Shown: positions 41,080 through 53,240 of the stretch, one piece after another | Layout: every line of letters begins with the position of its first letter | How positions within the stretch are numbered: the stretch's first letter is position 1 | Origin: an uncultured Nitrososphaeraceae archaeon | GTDB lineage: Archaea; Thermoproteota; Nitrososphaeria; Nitrososphaerales; Nitrososphaeraceae | DNA length: 64,000 nucleotides | Assembly: GCA_963837175.1 (NCBI GenBank) | Contig: CAWIMJ010000046.1 | Coordinates: 1-64,000, forward strand | Reading direction: 5' to 3' | Translations under genes and position numbers: made by a program | Notes under the pieces: generated by a model | The model's input: the letters and a program-made list of their open reading frames with translations, nothing else | What the model was told of the DNA's origin: nothing | The model's database searches: none

Positions 41080-42084
41080 TTAGAGCCAGTGCCGAATTTT
41101 TAGAAAATTATCAATGGGCTCTTTTTTAAGCAATTTAATTAGAGCCAGTCCCTGCGGAACTGATAACATGGGTTTCTTGAAATGATTATCGATAGATATT
41201 CTTGGACAGGCAACTTGTACAAATGCATCGATTCCTTTGAAAATTTGTATACGATCTTCAGTAATATCTGTCAATGCAATTAACTGCACCTTTTTTCCTA
41301 ACTGTTCAAAAGATTTCTTTAATTCAAGTGCCTTTATATGCGCAAACTGTCCTTCTTTTAATCCGACTATAATTCCTATTATTTCTGCATCCAATGCTTT
41401 ATATATTGATAATATGGCTTTCTTCTGTAGTTGTCTAGCAATTCCAGTAACATCAGAATAGTCTTCGAAGTATGGATCTAGCATATATGTAGGTTTTTCT
41501 GTTGATATTGCAACACCCGCTGAATGAAATGTGCTTTGACCAAGGAAAATATAAGCGTCAACTTGGCTTTGAATGTTATATGCTGGATAGAATTCGCAGC
41601 CAAAAACTTGTGCATCATTTAGCTGTCCTTTTCCTCTACCTATAATCACCTGATAACCAAATTCTTCAAAGACCTCTCTGACACGTGTGATTTGACTAAG
41701 ATGTTGACTATCAGTTACTAAAGATATCGAATTGTAATTTTTACTTTTAAGTTCTAATGCGCATTTTCTTGCTACTCTATCGAAAGTAATATCATCAAAT
41801 GCATTAATCATTACTACTTTTTCATCAAATGTTTCCATAGACACAGTGTGGCCGATATTGAACAAAATTTCAGCTCCTAACATATTTGCCGCATGTATAT
41901 TCAGATCGCATGACCCCCAACATGTATCGCCAATAACATATGCAGGAATACCAAATTTTTCGGTGATATTACTTGCACTATTTTGAATTTTCGGTATAAG
42001 AGCTTCTGGCCCATTGAGTGCTACAGAATGAGGCTTTCGTTCATATATTATTTTGAATATTCTCTTTTCATCTATTACCATCAT
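41080..42084 (-). CDS. dph2: Diphthamide biosynthesis enzyme Dph2
   Basis: CWGSCD, QVFGC, FH, K.GQ, ACPRISID. Confidence 0.95.
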   Translation of the reverse strand: MMVIDEKRIFKIIYERKPHSVALNGPEALIPKIQNSASNITEKFGIPAYVIGDTCWGSCDLNIHAANMLGAEILFNIGHTVSMETFDEKVVMINAFDDITFDRVARKCALELKSKNYNSISLVTDSQHLSQITRVREVFEEFGYQVIIGRGKGQLNDAQVFGCEFYPAYNIQSQVDAYIFLGQSTFHSAGVAISTEKPTYMLDPYFEDYSDVTGIARQLQKKAILSIYKALDAEIIGIIVGLKEGQFAHIKALELKKSFEQLGKKVQLIALTDITEDRIQIFKGIDAFVQVACPRISIDNHFKKPMLSVPQGLALIKLLKKEPIDNFLKIRHWL

Positions 42085-42515
42085 ATATAGTTAACCACCA
42101 TAATAGAAGATAATTTGTAGATTGTCGATATTATCATTTTATATACAATATAATAAATGCAATCTATTACTCTTGTTGATAGTACGTTTTTATCTATTTG
42201 CACTGATATGCATCTCCAATAATGAGAAAATATAATTAAATTTAAATTATACGAAATTACTAAAATCTAATTATATGATTTATATTCCGTCATAATTGTT
42301 AAGTTTATAGGTTCTTCGTATAAGTTACTTTTTCTAAAAACATTGTTCTGTGCGGAGATACATTTTAGATAAAAAGTAAAAAAAACGAGCTATCAATTCC
42401 CATTATTGGAGCTGTGCTAAAAAATACAAAACAATATTTATTATTAAAATATATTGTTAGTAAGGGTTAGTACCTAGATTCCTATGCAATATTTTTAATA
42501 TGTTATAAATACAGA

Positions 42516-45197
42516 TCAATTTTTAATATCAATAGAATAGATATTACTAAGAATTGTTGGCACATTATTAGTACCACCGTTCTTGAATTGAACAGTTATT
42601 TTTTCACTATTGGCATCAACTACGATTTGGAACCTGCTTGAACCTTTGGCAGTTTGAAAGGCGTGTTCAAACTTAATAGGAAGAGAATTATTTCTTAAGG
42701 ATTCGGGAATGTGGGGTTCGAAATGGACCTTATTCTCAATCATATTTATTTTCATCCCTAACATCATCTCACTCAGGGCATAAATATACATCCCAACTGA
42801 CCATGCCTGAAGTATACAAGAATTAAATGGTTCAGGTCTATCACCTCTATATGTTTCCGCAAACATACCATTTTCAGACAGGATCCGTTCTGCCATTGAT
42901 TCTATATAATATAAAGCCTGCTCTCTCCTTCCGAATTTAATTTCACTTATAGCAGCCCATCCTGTAACTAAAGGCCAAACAGCACCATCATGATAAAGGC
43001 TGGGATGATACTTGGGATCTGATGCACTTAACGTTCTGACACCCCAAGGAGTGGTAATATCATCTTTTTCAATCCTTGTGAGAACATATTCAGCTTTGGC
43101 TCTATCTCGAACGGCATCTGTTATCAAAAGAACCAATGCGTTGGGTCGTATACTCGGATCCTTTGAGCCATCCCTTCTTATAGTATCATGATAAAATTTG
43201 GTACTGGCATTCCAATACTCTATATCAATTTTATTCCGCAGTTCTTCGGCTGACTTTTGCCATTTTTGCATATTATAATTGTCTCCTACGATCCTCGCTA
43301 GGTCACTTCCTATTTTCAAACTTTCGTAAAACAGAGCTTGAATATCATTTGCACTTTTCCTTCTATCTATATGATCCATCCATGTGGAATCTTGTATAGG
43401 TAATTTTTCAGCAACTCCTGTAAATCCATGCTCTATCAATCCGTCACCGTCAGAATCTTTCAAAAACCCCCAATTTACAAGGTCGATAATGGATTTCCAT
43501 CGCTTTTCCAGATAGCTAATATCACCTGTAGATAACACATATTCATGTATTGCCCACGGAAAAAGAAAAGTAGAATCAGCCGACCCATAAGTTGTATTAT
43601 GTAGAAAAGCCGGCCCACTTATTATCATAGGTAACTCACCTTTTTTTGCTATTGATGAGGTTTTTTTAGCCTGGTAGCGCAGAAAATTTTCAATTATTGA
43701 ATATGCAAAGTAATAATCTTCCATAGACAAATAACCTCTTAGCGACCAACCAGTATCTCTGGCCCAATAATTAGGGAATCTCGGTAGTCCCGCACAAATT
43801 CCAGCTCCAAGTTCGTCATATTCTGCTTTTAAGTATTCCATGCTCACCTTTGCTTTTTCTAAAGCTTTGATTAGTTTCGCAATAGTTGGATTTTGTTTTG
43901 CAGTTGATTCAGCATATAAAGTAGAAGAGGAGACTGCTATGAAGTGTTCCTGGGTGTCATCTAACAGCTGTCTATAATTATCCCGAATAAACCGGTATTC
44001 TTTTATACAATCTTTAGAACTGTTAAAACTACCAGCGCCAACAAGAGAAATCTCATCACTCTTTCCTGCTTCAATTTCAATGTCATAAGATAGCTCTATG
44101 TCATTATCAAATGAATCCATTAGAATTTTAGAAGGCCGCAAATCTTTCGGTGCAACTCCAATTGTTCCATAATAATGAGCAACACCTTTTTTGGCACTTG
44201 TTTGGATTTGCAGGCAATTCTCTGTTGTAATCAACTTTGAATAATTACTTTGAGAAATAGCAGCAAGACCGTAACTTGTTATATTGCCATCAATAAGAAA
44301 ATGGATTCGAATCTTTCGTTTGGTTTTTTTAATATTCTTCTTAAAACCCATTTTTGAAAAATCAGTATGTCTATCTAATAGATCAAGTTCTAGGCGCATA
44401 ACAAATCCTCTGTTTTCTATAGGTACAAACAGTGTTCTTTTTACTTGCAATCCTGCTACTTCATGCCTAGTATAGAGAAATCCCTTCTCATGTCTGGAAG
44501 ATACAACAAAATTTGGAAGCCGTTTGCGTACACCATCATCCATAGAAATCTCAACTATAATACGGCCAAAAGCTCGTGCGGGAGGAACATATAATCCTCC
44601 ATTATCATATCTAGCTCCCATCCATGTCCAATTAGCAGAAAGTGATCCATTGGATGAACAAACTATATATGCCTTTTTTCCAGATAATATCAATGGATTA
44701 GCAAAATTCTTAAAGATAGTATCTTCGGTCATTGTAGTAGATTCCTGATCATCAACTAGATTAGAAGAAAGAAAGATCCTTTCTCTCTGTTCTCCTGCAT
44801 AATCACTGAAGGCAAAGGGAATAATTATTTGCTCGAAGCCTTCAAGTTTACTCAAAATTACAATTTTGTGTTTCTTTTTTTCTTCCAATCCGTCTTCTTT
44901 TATTATTAAGAATCTTGCACTTTGGAAAGGCTTGAAAGGAATAGGTCTATCTTCACAAAGCGCAGATGCGTTTACGACATCCTCAGAAGTTGCAATAAAA
45001 ATCGATTTTTTTGGAAAGGGAATCCCGTTTATATAGATATCAAGTGATACAATATTTCCACCTAATGGTACAGGCGGATTTAGCAAAGAGAAAATAAATC
45101 CCTGGTTTTTACTCTCGCCCTCGACTATTATTACATTTTTTAAGCTTCCCTCAATATAAGAGAGTACAGTATGCGTTTTATCTAATGTCCTTACCAT
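42516..45197 (-). CDS. Amylo-alpha-1,6-glucosidase-like (alpha/alpha)6 glycoside hydrolase with extra N-terminal domain
   Basis: AGLPRFPNYWARDT, SADST, DSDGDGLI, TWMD, IRPN, GVRTL, YHDGAVWP, QAWS. Confidence 0.88.
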   Translation of the reverse strand: MVRTLDKTHTVLSYIEGSLKNVIIVEGESKNQGFIFSLLNPPVPLGGNIVSLDIYINGIPFPKKSIFIATSEDVVNASALCEDRPIPFKPFQSARFLIIKEDGLEEKKKHKIVILSKLEGFEQIIIPFAFSDYAGEQRERIFLSSNLVDDQESTTMTEDTIFKNFANPLILSGKKAYIVCSSNGSLSANWTWMGARYDNGGLYVPPARAFGRIIVEISMDDGVRKRLPNFVVSSRHEKGFLYTRHEVAGLQVKRTLFVPIENRGFVMRLELDLLDRHTDFSKMGFKKNIKKTKRKIRIHFLIDGNITSYGLAAISQSNYSKLITTENCLQIQTSAKKGVAHYYGTIGVAPKDLRPSKILMDSFDNDIELSYDIEIEAGKSDEISLVGAGSFNSSKDCIKEYRFIRDNYRQLLDDTQEHFIAVSSSTLYAESTAKQNPTIAKLIKALEKAKVSMEYLKAEYDELGAGICAGLPRFPNYWARDTGWSLRGYLSMEDYYFAYSIIENFLRYQAKKTSSIAKKGELPMIISGPAFLHNTTYGSADSTFLFPWAIHEYVLSTGDISYLEKRWKSIIDLVNWGFLKDSDGDGLIEHGFTGVAEKLPIQDSTWMDHIDRRKSANDIQALFYESLKIGSDLARIVGDNYNMQKWQKSAEELRNKIDIEYWNASTKFYHDTIRRDGSKDPSIRPNALVLLITDAVRDRAKAEYVLTRIEKDDITTPWGVRTLSASDPKYHPSLYHDGAVWPLVTGWAAISEIKFGRREQALYYIESMAERILSENGMFAETYRGDRPEPFNSCILQAWSVGMYIYALSEMMLGMKINMIENKVHFEPHIPESLRNNSLPIKFEHAFQTAKGSSRFQIVVDANSEKITVQFKNGGTNNVPTILSNIYSIDIKN

Positions 45198-45403
45198 CCC
45201 AATACACCTAACTAGCCGTATTATCAGTAAATGATGGAGAACCCTCTTATTTTAAACTATAAAACACTTTATAGGGTCTATCAATATCTAATACCTAAAT
45301 CAATCCGTAAAGCTAGATGTTGATATATAATAGTATTAACAAATATTACATATTAACATTAGAAGTGCTAATTTAATATTGAAAATAGAGTATGTAATAA
45401 AAA

Positions 45404-46267
45404 TTGACATCTATTGGTAAAGTCTTGGTCGGAGATAACTATCCAGTCAGGGTAATGGGAATAATTAATACCAGTCCGGAATCTTTTTACAATGGATCTA
45501 TTAAAACTAGCACCAACGAAATTGCTGGAACAGCTAGGGAGATGCAGAATAGTGGAGCCGATATAATAGATATAGGTTCAATGTCAACAGCGCCCTACCT
45601 TCAAACTATCATTCCAATTGAGGAAGAGATCAAAAGAATGAGACAAGCAATAAACATGGTAAGGAAAAGTTGTAACCTACCAGTTTCAGTTGATACTCCA
45701 AGATCAAGTGTGGCTAAAGAGGCTATCATCTTTGGTGCTAATGCTATCAATGATATTACTGGATTAAAGTATGACAAAGAGATGGCAGATATTGTATCAA
45801 AGTCGAATATCCCAGTCATCGTAGGGGCATATAATGGGAATCAATCATTATCACCGCCCAACTTAGGAAAGATCCATGGTACAATAAAACTTCTAAATGA
45901 AAGTATTACGATTGCAAGAAGAGCAAGTATTGATAACGACAACATAATCATAGATCCATCTGTTGGATTTTTCCGGAGTGGTGGTAAAAATCCATTCTTT
46001 ACACTAATGAAAGATGTACCTTGGTATACTCGGGATGTTGAAGTAATTTCAAAGCTAAATGATATAAAGAAACTGTCAAAACCGGTTTGTGTTTCTGTTT
46101 CAAGAAAATCATATATAGGTAAGTTATTTAATCTGGATACGAAGGACCGCTTAATTCCGTCATTGGTTTGCGAAATAATATCTACTTTAAACGGTGCAAA
46201 CTTAATTAGAACACACAACGTAAAGGAGACAGTTCAGGCACTTACAATGTTAAGTTTACTTCATTAA
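45404..46267 (+). CDS. folP: Dihydropteroate synthase
   Basis: MGIINTSPESFY, DIIDIG..ST.P, SVDT, INDITG, IDP..GF, SRKS, RTHNV. Confidence 0.92.
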   Translation: MTSIGKVLVGDNYPVRVMGIINTSPESFYNGSIKTSTNEIAGTAREMQNSGADIIDIGSMSTAPYLQTIIPIEEEIKRMRQAINMVRKSCNLPVSVDTPRSSVAKEAIIFGANAINDITGLKYDKEMADIVSKSNIPVIVGAYNGNQSLSPPNLGKIHGTIKLLNESITIARRASIDNDNIIIDPSVGFFRSGGKNPFFTLMKDVPWYTRDVEVISKLNDIKKLSKPVCVSVSRKSYIGKLFNLDTKDRLIPSLVCEIISTLNGANLIRTHNVKETVQALTMLSLLH

Positions 46268-46377
46268 TAAACTCTAAAGGATGTAAATTGATTTTACTCA
46301 TTGGTATATCTTTTACATAAAGAGTGATTTATTTAATGTACATATATCTAATTAAATAGGCAATAAGTTGATTTGTT

Positions 46378-47203
46378 ATGGTGAGTGAGGCTGTCACTTT
46401 TCAAGGAGAGCGTGGAGCCTATAGTGAAATGGCAGCTTTACAATATTTTCCGAATGCAAAGGTTCTGCCCAAGAAATCATTTCAAGATGTATTTGATAGC
46501 ATAGAAACTGGCGAAGCAAATTATGCAGTAGTACCTATTGAAAATTCTATAGAGGGAAGTATAAACGAAACTTATGACTTATTATTACAGACAAAAATAA
46601 CTGTATCTGGTGAGATTTATCAGAGAGTTAGACATTGTCTTATTGTAAATAAAAACATAACCTTAGGTCAAATAATGATTGTATATTCACACCCTCAAGC
46701 CATTGCACAGTGCAGAAGTTATCTTCAAGTAAAAAAACTTGAGTCTGTTCCTACATATGATACTGCGGGCGCCGTAAAGATGATCAAAGAAAAAATAATT
46801 ATGAATGCAGCTGCAATAGCTAGTAGAAGAGCGAGCAGAAATATACGACATGGATGTTTTGGAAGAAGGAATAGAAGATAAAAAAAATAATTTCACAAGA
46901 TTTTTGGTCCTCTCAAAAACAAAAACAAAACCAACAGGCTATGATAGGACCTCTATAATATTTTCTGTCAAGCATTTGCCAGGTGCTTTATTTGGTATTC
47001 TTAATGAGTTTGCTAGTAGAGAGATAAACCTTACTAGAATAGAATCACGTCCTACTAAGGAAACCCCCTGGGAATATAACTTTTATGTTGATTTTGAAGG
47101 CCATTACGAAGATGAAACTATTAAGAAAGCGTTGCAATCTATAAAAAACAAAAGTGTGTATTTCAAAATTCTAGGATCTTATAAAAAAGCAGAATTATAT
47201 TAA
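46378..47203 (+). CDS. pheA: Prephenate dehydratase; one-base frameshift at 46833-4
   Basis: FQGERGAYSE, PIENSIEG, SHPQA; removing one base gives RAAEIYDM..NFTRF, NLTRIESRP, LGSY. Confidence 0.93.
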
Positions 47204-47671
47204 CTAGCGTTTTTCAAATCTTACGGCCAATCCTGTTATAATTATTCCTGTTATTATCAACATTATAGGTCCACTAAATGCTATTCCATTAAGCTTGTTC
47301 TGAGCATAGCCTTCTACATATAAATCTGAACTGCCTATATTGTTGATCTCGATTTTATAGTCTCCTTCTTTTTCTGCTGTAAAATTATAATTAAAATCTG
47401 AAGTTCCTCTTGCTTCAGATTTTATGATATGTTTGACTGGATCTGTAATAGTAATGTTGAAAATTGAACCTGTAATGATAATATCGGCCGTGCTCCCAAT
47501 ATTCATATTCGGAGTTAAAATATCTGTCATTCCGGCTTTTATAATTCCATGAAGTGGCACTTCGGCAGGTTGTGAATATAAATATAAAAGGATGACTCCG
47601 ATACCAATGAATACAAACCCTGCAGCCAAAAGAATATAGAATCTTATGGATTTTGATGATCTATGTGACAT
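47204..47671 (-). CDS. Two-TM protein with extracellular beta-sandwich (GOLD-like)
   Basis: N- and C-terminal TM; FNITITDP...YNFTAEKEGDYKIEINN. Confidence 0.75.
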   Translation of the reverse strand: MSHRSSKSIRFYILLAAGFVFIGIGVILLYLYSQPAEVPLHGIIKAGMTDILTPNMNIGSTADIIITGSIFNITITDPVKHIIKSEARGTSDFNYNFTAEKEGDYKIEINNIGSSDLYVEGYAQNKLNGIAFSGPIMLIITGIIITGLAVRFEKR

Positions 47672-48229
47672 TCTACATTATTTTACCATATGATATTATA
47701 AATATTCAAGTAGTATTTAATTAGGAAAAACAAACTGCTATACTAAAAGAGAAATATGGTATACCCTATATATGATATTGATACAATCGGTTATGATAAA
47801 ACCCTGAAGTATCTCAAGATAGTTTTAAACATATTTAAACCAATTATTGCGTATCTTCATATAAATACTGACATCATCAATTCAACTGAAATCAAATAAT
47901 GAAAGCCATAATTATCACTAATGAAAGTTAGATGAAAGATAGATCAGCTATAAGAGTTTCAACCTATTGTGAAGGTGGATTAATTGAAGCAGTCTTATAT
48001 GATATCACGAGATAAAGTTAAGGATGCATAATCACGGGAAAGTAGAGACTTTCTAGATAACAGGTAGAATTACTTTTTAAACAAACAATTATAGCTAGCA
48101 GAAAGGTAAGAATCAAATAACAAGCATAAGATTGACGGACGAATATAGTACAACTTTGAATATGTTTTTTTATCACTAATTACAGTAATTCATATTCTAA
48201 TATCCACAGATTTCTATTCTTTATTCCAC

Positions 48230-48905
48230 TTATGAAAGTTTTTTACATCTGAACCTGAATCGTATGTAGTTTATATACTCATTATTATTAATATTAGGTT
48301 TAGTATAATTGCCATATTCTTCTATGATAAACAAATCTCTCGCCTTAGATGATTTTCCTTCTTTAGTGATAAATACAAATTCTTCATATTTTTGATGTCT
48401 TTTGATACTATTTGTTAATTCGATAATATTTTTTTCATTTGGGACTATAATAAAAACTCCTTCGAAACCGTTCGATCCAATTGGCCATGTATAGACGCTT
48501 ATAACATTTAATTTGTTAAGACTAGTCATTGTTATTGGACTAGAGACCCTTTCATGTTCGATAATAGATAAAGCTAACTAAATTTCAATAAATTAGATAA
48601 GGGGAGCCACAACTATTTATGTCTACCAACATCACTATCTCTTCAGTCTGCTCAACAACTGCATATGGATTGATAGATACTGAAGACCCATGATACTAAA
48701 GAATTTGCTAAGCTTACAATATGCTAATGAAAGAATTTGTTAATGGTTCGTATATGTTTCTAGATCTTAATATGTGTTCAACAATATTATCTTGATGACC
48801 AACAAAAATTATCTCATCGGATCGGTACATATGATTAAAAAATAACAAGGACATAATATAATAGAAACTTCCGAGATTTCTAAAGTAATAAAAATTATTA
48901 GCCAT
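48230..48905 (-). pseudogene. Decayed FkbM-like methyltransferase
   Basis: Ordered fragments IYEPLT, VSINPYAV, TMTSLNK, IGSNGFEGV (cf. IDVEGFE.V); stops and deletions. Confidence 0.4.
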
Positions 48906-48980
48906 AGTTCATTTTATCATAATCTAATGTCGAGTATATGTATACAAATTTCTCAGGTTAATCGATAGATAGTATGTCTT

Positions 48981-50417
48981 CTACATCAAGTTCACATCGT
49001 GAGGCTGGCTTTCAATATAACCAGCAGGCGTAATTTTGATAAATTCTGCGTTTTTCTGCATTTCCGATATTGTTTTTGCACCGCAGTAGCTTAAGCCAGA
49101 TCGTAAGCCACCTACAAGTTGCCTAATAATCTCAACTACACTACCTTTATAGGGGACCATTGCTTCGACTCCTTCTGGGACATAGTCATTTAAATCATTA
49201 GAGTCTACAACCTGTGGACCTTCTTCTCTATACTTTCTGCCGAGTGAGGCATAGAATGATGCCATGCCCCTGTACATTTTGAATTTTTTTCCATTCTTGA
49301 CAAGTGTTTTTCCAGGACTCTCATCAGTTCCTCCGAACATGCTGCCAACCATTACCGAAGATGCCCCAACTGCGAGTGCTTTTGTTGTGTCTCCTGACGT
49401 TCTGATGCCACCATCAGAAATTACTGGAATATCGTATTCTCTTGCTACTTTAACACTTTCCATGACTGCGGTTAATTGCGGAACCCCTGACCCTGTAATT
49501 ACTCTTGTGATACATATGGAACCAGAACCTACACCCACTTTCACTGCATCAACTCCAGCTGTAATTAAATCCCTGGCACCTTCACCGGTAGCAACGTTTC
49601 CAGCGATGAGTTCGCAATGAGGAAATGCTTTTTTTATCATATTTACTGTGTTGATAGCATTATCGCTATGACCGTGAGCAATATCAACTATTATAGTATC
49701 AGCTCCTGCATCTAAGAGTGTTTCTGTTCTTTCTAAAAAGTCACCTTTTACCCCAACTGCGGCTCCAACAAGCAGTCTACCTTTTTTGTCTTTAGAAGCA
49801 AATGGATACTGATCCATTTTCATAATGTCCTTACTTGTGATAAGACCTACAATTCGCTTTTTATCATCAACTACAGGTAATTTTTCGATTCTATGTTTGT
49901 GAAGAATTTCTTTTGCTTGCTCCATTGTAGTTCCATATTTTGCAGTAATAACATTCTTAGTCATCAGTTCCGAAACTTTGCGTTCCATGTTCTTTTCAAA
50001 TGTAATGTCTCTGTTGGTGATGATGCCGTCAAGTGTCCTATCCTTGTCTTCTACAAGCAAGCCTGATACGCCATATTCCTGCATCATTTTCTTTGCCTCA
50101 TTTACTCTCATATCATTTTTGATAGTATATGGTTGCTCGATCATAACTGATTCAGAACGTTTTACTCTCAAAACTTCGTCTACTTGGTCCCCAATAGTCA
50201 TAAACCTATGAATAATCCCAATACCTCCTTCTCTCGCCAAAGCTATTGCCATTCCAGATTCTGTAATTGTATCCATATTTGCACTGACAAGCGGAATATT
50301 TATGATAATATTTCTAGAGAGTTTTGTTTTCAAATCCGTCTGAGTTCTGGAAATTACTGAGGACCGTTTAGGGACAAGTAATACATCGTCAAACGTCAGA
50401 CCTTCTTTAATGTCCAA
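48981..50417 (-). CDS. guaB: IMP dehydrogenase
   Basis: GLTFDDVLL, SANMDT, CBS pair, VGVGSGSICITR, YRGMAS, PEGVE. Confidence 0.97.
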   Translation of the reverse strand: MDIKEGLTFDDVLLVPKRSSVISRTQTDLKTKLSRNIIINIPLVSANMDTITESGMAIALAREGGIGIIHRFMTIGDQVDEVLRVKRSESVMIEQPYTIKNDMRVNEAKKMMQEYGVSGLLVEDKDRTLDGIITNRDITFEKNMERKVSELMTKNVITAKYGTTMEQAKEILHKHRIEKLPVVDDKKRIVGLITSKDIMKMDQYPFASKDKKGRLLVGAAVGVKGDFLERTETLLDAGADTIIVDIAHGHSDNAINTVNMIKKAFPHCELIAGNVATGEGARDLITAGVDAVKVGVGSGSICITRVITGSGVPQLTAVMESVKVAREYDIPVISDGGIRTSGDTTKALAVGASSVMVGSMFGGTDESPGKTLVKNGKKFKMYRGMASFYASLGRKYREEGPQVVDSNDLNDYVPEGVEAMVPYKGSVVEIIRQLVGGLRSGLSYCGAKTISEMQKNAEFIKITPAGYIESQPHDVNLM

Positions 50418-51577
50418 TATTCCCTTACTGTCTAGCCGCCTTGTAGGATTATAAGCGTTTAGTTATTTAAAGAATGGGCTTTTAATTTTATATTGTAAGT
50501 GTTGTAAGCTATTTTGCTAATACTTGTATAATTACTAGATCAGTATATACCTGACTATTTAATATGAAGCAAGAATATCTGTTGTAAGGTTTAATTGATT
50601 CTTGTCATAATTTTTTATTAGTATATTCTTGATCACATACTTTTACCATTCTATTATGATATATCATTCGCTCCATCGTGATCAAGTAATAGTTTACTAT
50701 GCATTACCGTTATCAAGTCAATTGTAGCATATGTTTCATTGCTGGTAATGTCGTTAGTATCCATATAACTACTCTAGTATTCTCAAATCGAGAAGACAAG
50801 AGAACCACAATGAAAATTATAAAATAGAGACTTATCTTCAAGTCAAAAATAAATAGCATTTACTATGGCGACAATAGAGTATAATGGTAAAGACAATAGT
50901 ATAGTAAGCTAGGAAGTACTTGCCAGAGTGATATTAAAGAATGAAATGGATAAGGAAGAATTTACTCTTAAAAGCATTTGAAGAAAATGATGTGTCCATA
51001 TTGTCTGGATTACCAGAGTTTACAAGAAATAAGAAATGTTGTTGATGTCCATTTTTATGATAGACGTATGAATAAATATAATGAGGCAGAAAAGCTAAAG
51101 AATAGCAGGGAGATAGATATCTGATATCTGATATCAGTGTTAGTTTGACTTAGCCTGTTGTAGGCAAATAAAGAACAAGATGATAGAAAGTATAATAAAA
51201 TTCAGCATCTTTCATATATTTTAGATTTATCTCCTTTTCTATACATATAATATAATATTTATATTAATGACGATTGATTTATGTTGCTAAAATTATATCA
51301 CTTTCGTAGAGATATCTGTATACTTTGCATCATCACATTATGCGGTAGATCCAAACGTAGAATATTAATAACAAACGCCAAATAAATAAGTAATACTGTG
51401 ATTTTTCTTTTATTACATATCAAAAATTGACACAACAAGTTTATAACCTATTAAGAGGCGATTATAATTTCGTATTTATAAATAATCTACTCAATACATT
51501 TTTAACTATTATCACGAATTACATCATCCATCTAAGAGCATTGTCTATAATGATACTCTTAGTGAAGTTTCTTATGA

Positions 51578-52198
51578 TTATTGCATTTTATGAATCAATC
51601 TGAAAGTTTCTTTACCATAATCGTTCGTTAATTTTCGCTCTTCGTACACTCCACACTCAATGCATTTTACGCTATTATGTACGCGAACAGTATCACCGCC
51701 ACAATTAAAACATAGTGTATAGAGAACCCCGAATTCTTTTTCATCGATTGTTATATGTATTGTTGAATTTAATAGACTGATTACTCGTCCTCGTATAATA
51801 TCGCCAACTCTAAAAATAGTTCTGCCGCGTCTTTCTCCCCTTTCACGCCATCCTCCGCCTCCACTATTACTACCACCTATTCTAGTGGATGCTATTGCAG
51901 AAAATCCGGCATATGATTTCTTCTCATTTATATATAATATCCTTACTGAGATCATATTTCCAAACAGCATCTCTATATAGCCAACTAGAACATCACCAAT
52001 TTTAGGCAGCATCGGTGAATTTTTCTGGTTAATCTTTACTATCCTTCTTTTAAAGTCATATACTCGTGTACCTACGGCTTTCGATCGGATAGTTCCATCT
52101 GTGACATATGTATTCTTCCCCCCTTCGAACTCTTCAATGAATGCCACTTGTTCTCCTGGAAAAATTGGTGTTACTGCATGTTTGTCTTTGATCATCAT
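51578..52198 (-). CDS. csl4: Exosome complex component Csl4
   Basis: PGE....EEF..G..TY, S1 domain FRVGDIIRG.V, GVL...C..CG...C.ECG..E.RK. Confidence 0.93.
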   Translation of the reverse strand: MMIKDKHAVTPIFPGEQVAFIEEFEGGKNTYVTDGTIRSKAVGTRVYDFKRRIVKINQKNSPMLPKIGDVLVGYIEMLFGNMISVRILYINEKKSYAGFSAIASTRIGGSNSGGGGWRERGERRGRTIFRVGDIIRGRVISLLNSTIHITIDEKEFGVLYTLCFNCGGDTVRVHNSVKCIECGVYEERKLTNDYGKETFRLIHKMQ

Positions 52199-53240
52199 AT
52201 AGGACGTATATCAATGAGTTTTAGATATAATTGTTACACTAATTTTTGTTATTCTATTTGCTAAAAATATACCTTCTTACATTACGCACTTTTCTAGCTG
52301 ACTGTAACATTCATCTATCAACAAAGCATTCTGTATAATTTAATACATCGTAAAACTTCAATTTCTTCCACAAGATCTATTGGGAATAAAACCAAAAATG
52401 TATGATCTTCTGCTTATATTATAAAGTAAATTTATTATCAGTTTATTAGAAAAACAGGTTCTGTTAACTTGACGGGTTACCTATCAACGTGTTAACTATC
52501 GGGTGATACATAATTTGTCTGATAAATATTCATGTATTTCTTCAGGTTCTCCCATGATTTCTTTATATCTTCATTCCTTGGTTTCGTTATGGCATATTTT
52601 CCACTAAAAGGAATTCCTCGATATCATAAACGAATGTAATCGATTAACCTACCGTAGCGGGCTTCTTTTCCTCTACCATATTACTACTTGTCTCCCCATT
52701 GTTATAGCTCTTTCCCTCTCTTTGTTGAAGCCTAAATAGCAACGAAAACCGTATATTCATCGTGCTGGGCAATAGAATTCCTCCCGGCAGTGCTCCAACT
52801 AGGCTGGTAAACTGGACTGATGCTGCGCACGTCAGCGAGGGAATTCCTCTGTTTCGCCAACAACGGAAATGAACAAAATAAGATACATAAATCAAGCTAA
52901 TAAATTTTTTGTACGGGAACAAAAAGTGTGGTGAAAGCTGATTAATGGCAAGCGATGATTGTAAGACACGAATTCGCAGCCATTGTCTTGGGAGGACGGA
53001 CTGCAATTGTAGCCTTCTTAAAGTGGACTAACAAATGTTCTTGTTAAACCTGACAAGACATCCATCTTTTCGTTGTTTCTTTCACCGATATCAAAACAGA
53101 TTCTTCAGCCATAAACTTTTGTTTAACGATAGTAGGAGGTTTATCATCACCCAACAGTTAACGCTTGCTTCTATCGCCTGTCAAGGTAACAGAACCGAAA
53201 AACAATATATATTTATTAGTACAATTAAATCTAGGTGAGA

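Noticed and set aside
50640-51200. Purine-rich gene-like fragments between guaB and csl4
   Set aside because: No continuous frame or recognisable motif.
52644-53238. ORFs 52644-53006 (-) and 53035-53238 (+)
   Set aside because: Atypical composition; more likely pieces of a decayed gene than real CDSs.
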